A DNA stretch of 64,000 bases from Candidatus Poribacteria bacterium (GTDB taxonomy: Bacteria; Poribacteria; WGA-4E; WGA-3G), in assembly GCA_965205025.1 (NCBI GenBank), contig CBDBFU010000011.1, positions 1 to 64,000 of the forward strand. The letters run 5' to 3'. The notes under the pieces are model-generated. The model was not told the DNA's origin and made no database searches. It saw nothing but the letters and a program-made list of their open reading frames with translations. A program made the translations under genes and the position numbers. Positions 61,415 through 64,000 of the stretch are shown piece by piece (position 1 is the stretch's first letter; the number at the start of each line of letters is the position of its first letter).

Positions 61415-61458
61415 TAGTGTTCTATTTAATGATATAACACCATCAAAATATGTACTGG

Positions 61459-62138
61459 TTATATAAAGATGATTCCGATTATACCCATCCCCGTCATAAG
61501 AACTCCAAGAATTGTATACATTGGTACTATAGAACTTTTTTTCTGATCCTTTGACATAATTAATATTGACCATGCAGTGAATGCGATTCCACTGACAAAC
61601 ACCAAAGGTATAAATTGAGGACCTGGTGGATTAATCGTCTTTCATATACTATTTCATTTAAAAGTAGATATGTGTACCAACCTAAGGAATATACTCCTAC
61701 GGTAGAAGAGATCGTTACCCCCAATTTAACTCCACGGGTTTTTATTATTGGACTTTCATTCATAAAAACTTTCAAACAAGCTAAGAATGCGATACTGTAT
61801 AAGACCATACTCAATAGGGATATCCAGTAAGGTTTAGGAAATATTTGAACACTCGTCACTATACCTAAAAATACTATGCAACACCCTGATACAATCATAG
61901 TAGCATTCAATAGGCGTGATTGTTTGGATTGGCTGTCAACTGATAACGTGGATAAGCTTAATGTAATCCATTTTAAACCTAATAGAACAAAGATAATTCC
62001 TAAACTTATAGCATATTTCGGATGTATATAATATCCTGGTAGAAACATAATTAAAAGACAAATTGAGGGGTGTGAGGAATGACTAAACCAAGTATTTTGT
62101 TTTTTGAATATATGGTTTCTCAGATTAGTAAAAATCAT
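61459..62138 (-). CDS. Polytopic membrane protein, apparent frameshift near 61640
   Basis: ORF 61560-62138 has several TM helices. Adding one A in a short A run gives INPPGPQFIPLVFVSGIAFTAWSILI...GMGIIGIIFI* (two more TM helices). Confidence 0.6.
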
Positions 62139-62310
62139 TGAATATCCTGTGATGGTGTTTTGGTGCTGTGAAGTGACACCACTTCATGTATAGAATTCAT
62201 CAGGAAGATGCAACTACCTGTTTGTGGATATAAATATATTGTAAAACTATTACGAGATAAACGCAAATTAAATGTCCAATATCGTTGAAATCATAAGGTT
62301 AATAGCTCTA

Positions 62311-62889
62311 TTAGAATGGGATCAACTGCCTTGCATAGAGTAAACCAATTACACAGAGAATCGCGGTTAATGTTCGCTTCTCACTGTTTAACGCTCGTTT
62401 CCAAGAAAAGTCGTGGGATGATCGGGTAGGATATGGATGTAATTGAGGAAACAAACGAGGAACATCGTCATAATAAGATTGGTATATGGATCCACAGGAA
62501 TCCAAGAGATAGGACTCTTCAACTGAGATGATCGGTAGATATTGTACGAAATATCCAATTACCAAAATAGGTATGACCCATAACACATTAGCAATAACAC
62601 ATACACCAAAACTTAATATGAAATTACCAAGATATAAGGGATTACGGACATAACTGTAGGGTCCAGTCGTAACCAAATCACGTGCTGCCCCGAGTGCTGT
62701 TGCGCGAGTTGTTCCACCAGCATAGCCAACTGCCCACATTCTTAGACACTCACCTAATACGATAAAAAACGAACCGATAGAAACGGAGTACCATGTTGGA
62801 TCTGAAAAATAGAACATTATCAAAATAATAGGAATTGGCGTATAACTACGTACTTTGAAAAAGAAATTACCTATTTTTGATGATGTCAT
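62311..62889 (-). CDS. Isoprenylcysteine carboxyl methyltransferase / PEMT family membrane protein
   Basis: GECLRMWAVG, LVTTGPYSYVRNPLYLGN, EE..L, Y...VPR motifs. Confidence 0.88.
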   Translation of the reverse strand: MTSSKIGNFFFKVRSYTPIPIILIMFYFSDPTWYSVSIGSFFIVLGECLRMWAVGYAGGTTRATALGAARDLVTTGPYSYVRNPLYLGNFILSFGVCVIANVLWVIPILVIGYFVQYLPIISVEESYLLDSCGSIYQSYYDDVPRLFPQLHPYPTRSSHDFSWKRALNSEKRTLTAILCVIGLLYARQLIPF

Positions 62890-62976
62890 TCGGCATAATT
62901 ATACAAAAAAATAATGAGTAATTTATCGGATGGAGTAATTCACAGGTCGAAATAATGATTCTATGGAGCAATTTTG

Positions 62977-63999
62977 CTATTTTGGTGTACGCCACATGAG
63001 GATACAACCAACGACTGCGTAAATTATATTAGTTCCCCAACAAGCTAAAAATGGATGTAGTTTACCATTCTCGCTCAATCCTTCAAGGGTAGCAAAAGAA
63101 AGTGCCCAGTAGATAAAGACGAGAAAAAATGCAATGACCAATCCAGCAAAGAAGCCTGCTTTACCAAAACGAATTGCAATTGGAGCTCCTAACAAAACAA
63201 CCACTACAGCAGCATAGGGATACGCTCTTTTATGATGTAACTTAACCTGTTCAATTCGTGTAATTTGTCCAGCATCCTTTTTATACGCAATCTGTTCTTT
63301 CAGTTCACTAATTGTCATGCCTCTGGGATCTTTGTTGCTTCCTATAAACCTTTCTGGATCTTCGTGGCGTTCTAAGGACAGATCCTCAAATGTTTCAAAT
63401 CCAACTTCAGTATTATCTTCAAATAATCGGATATTACCGTCTTTGAGTTCCCAGCGGGTAGGTGTCCAAGTTGCCTGTTTGGCATAAATGGCACGTTTGA
63501 GTTCTCCATCTGAATCTGATTCCCAAATAGTTAGCTTGTAAATACTTTTCTCTTTAACATTAATACTATGGGAATAGAATATACGATTCTGTTTACCCTT
63601 AAATAAGAGATTCCTTCCAAATCTCATTGTCACTTTTTTCTGCAGTACATTTGCTTCATGGTATGCTGGTGAAGCAAATCGGTCATAAAAAAATGAGAAA
63701 CCGATACATATTAATAGGGTTACTACAATAACAGGAGCTAAAATCCTATATACACTAATACCACCTGCTTTCATTGCAACGAATTCATTTCGCTTTACCA
63801 TACGTCCAAGAACAAAAAAGATTGCAACAAAACCGGAAACTGGAACGATTTCCATTATCCTTCTGGGAGCTTGATATAATACAATTTTTACTGCTGTAAG
63901 ATATGAAATCCCTTCGTCAAAGTGTTTTATATCCTTATCCAGAAGACGTACGATGATAACAAGTGCACTAAAAAAGATAAATCCTATTAAGAAGGATTT
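62977..63999 (-). CDS. LptF/LptG family LPS export permease (5' end outside the window)
   Basis: NEFVAMKAGGIS, AKQATW...WELKDG, LLGAPIA, P.LACW..N motifs; the frame is open to the window edge. Confidence 0.9.
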   Translation of the reverse strand, partial: KSFLIGFIFFSALVIIVRLLDKDIKHFDEGISYLTAVKIVLYQAPRRIMEIVPVSGFVAIFFVLGRMVKRNEFVAMKAGGISVYRILAPVIVVTLLICIGFSFFYDRFASPAYHEANVLQKKVTMRFGRNLLFKGKQNRIFYSHSINVKEKSIYKLTIWESDSDGELKRAIYAKQATWTPTRWELKDGNIRLFEDNTEVGFETFEDLSLERHEDPERFIGSNKDPRGMTISELKEQIAYKKDAGQITRIEQVKLHHKRAYPYAAVVVVLLGAPIAIRFGKAGFFAGLVIAFFLVFIYWALSFATLEGLSENGKLHPFLACWGTNIIYAVVGCILMWRTPK

Positions 64000-64000
64000 A

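Overview
AT-rich bacterial chromosomal window, most likely Candidatus Poribacteria or a relative. This is inferred from several secreted LamG-type proteins ending in VxPxxK(L)xTTWGxxK, plus PhyH, sulfatase, FGE-domain and FlgD/Por-type C-terminal-domain proteins. Most genes are housekeeping or metabolic (nagB, selA, AddA-like helicase, leuB, ychF, plsC-cmk-tyrA, murA-hisD, comM, dppA, MATE, LptF/G). Highlights: (1) a sulfurtransferase whose catalytic Cys codon is an in-frame TGA, i.e. a probable selenoprotein (60325-61158), with selA in the same window; (2) a shared C-terminal tail on six exported proteins from at least three unrelated families, a candidate sorting signal; (3) a three-gene island of exported Cys/His-rich proteins (36060-38449) with a long structured leader and a predicted ~65-nt antisense RNA; (4) REP-like palindromes packaged inside several different terminal-inverted-repeat cassettes; (5) a ~345-nt promoter-to-terminator structured leader before a tandem pair of secreted proteins. 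Several homopolymer frameshifts look like sequencing errors. No CRISPR array, rRNA, tRNA, transposase or reverse transcriptase was recognised. All calls come from reading the sequence by eye; no searches were run.
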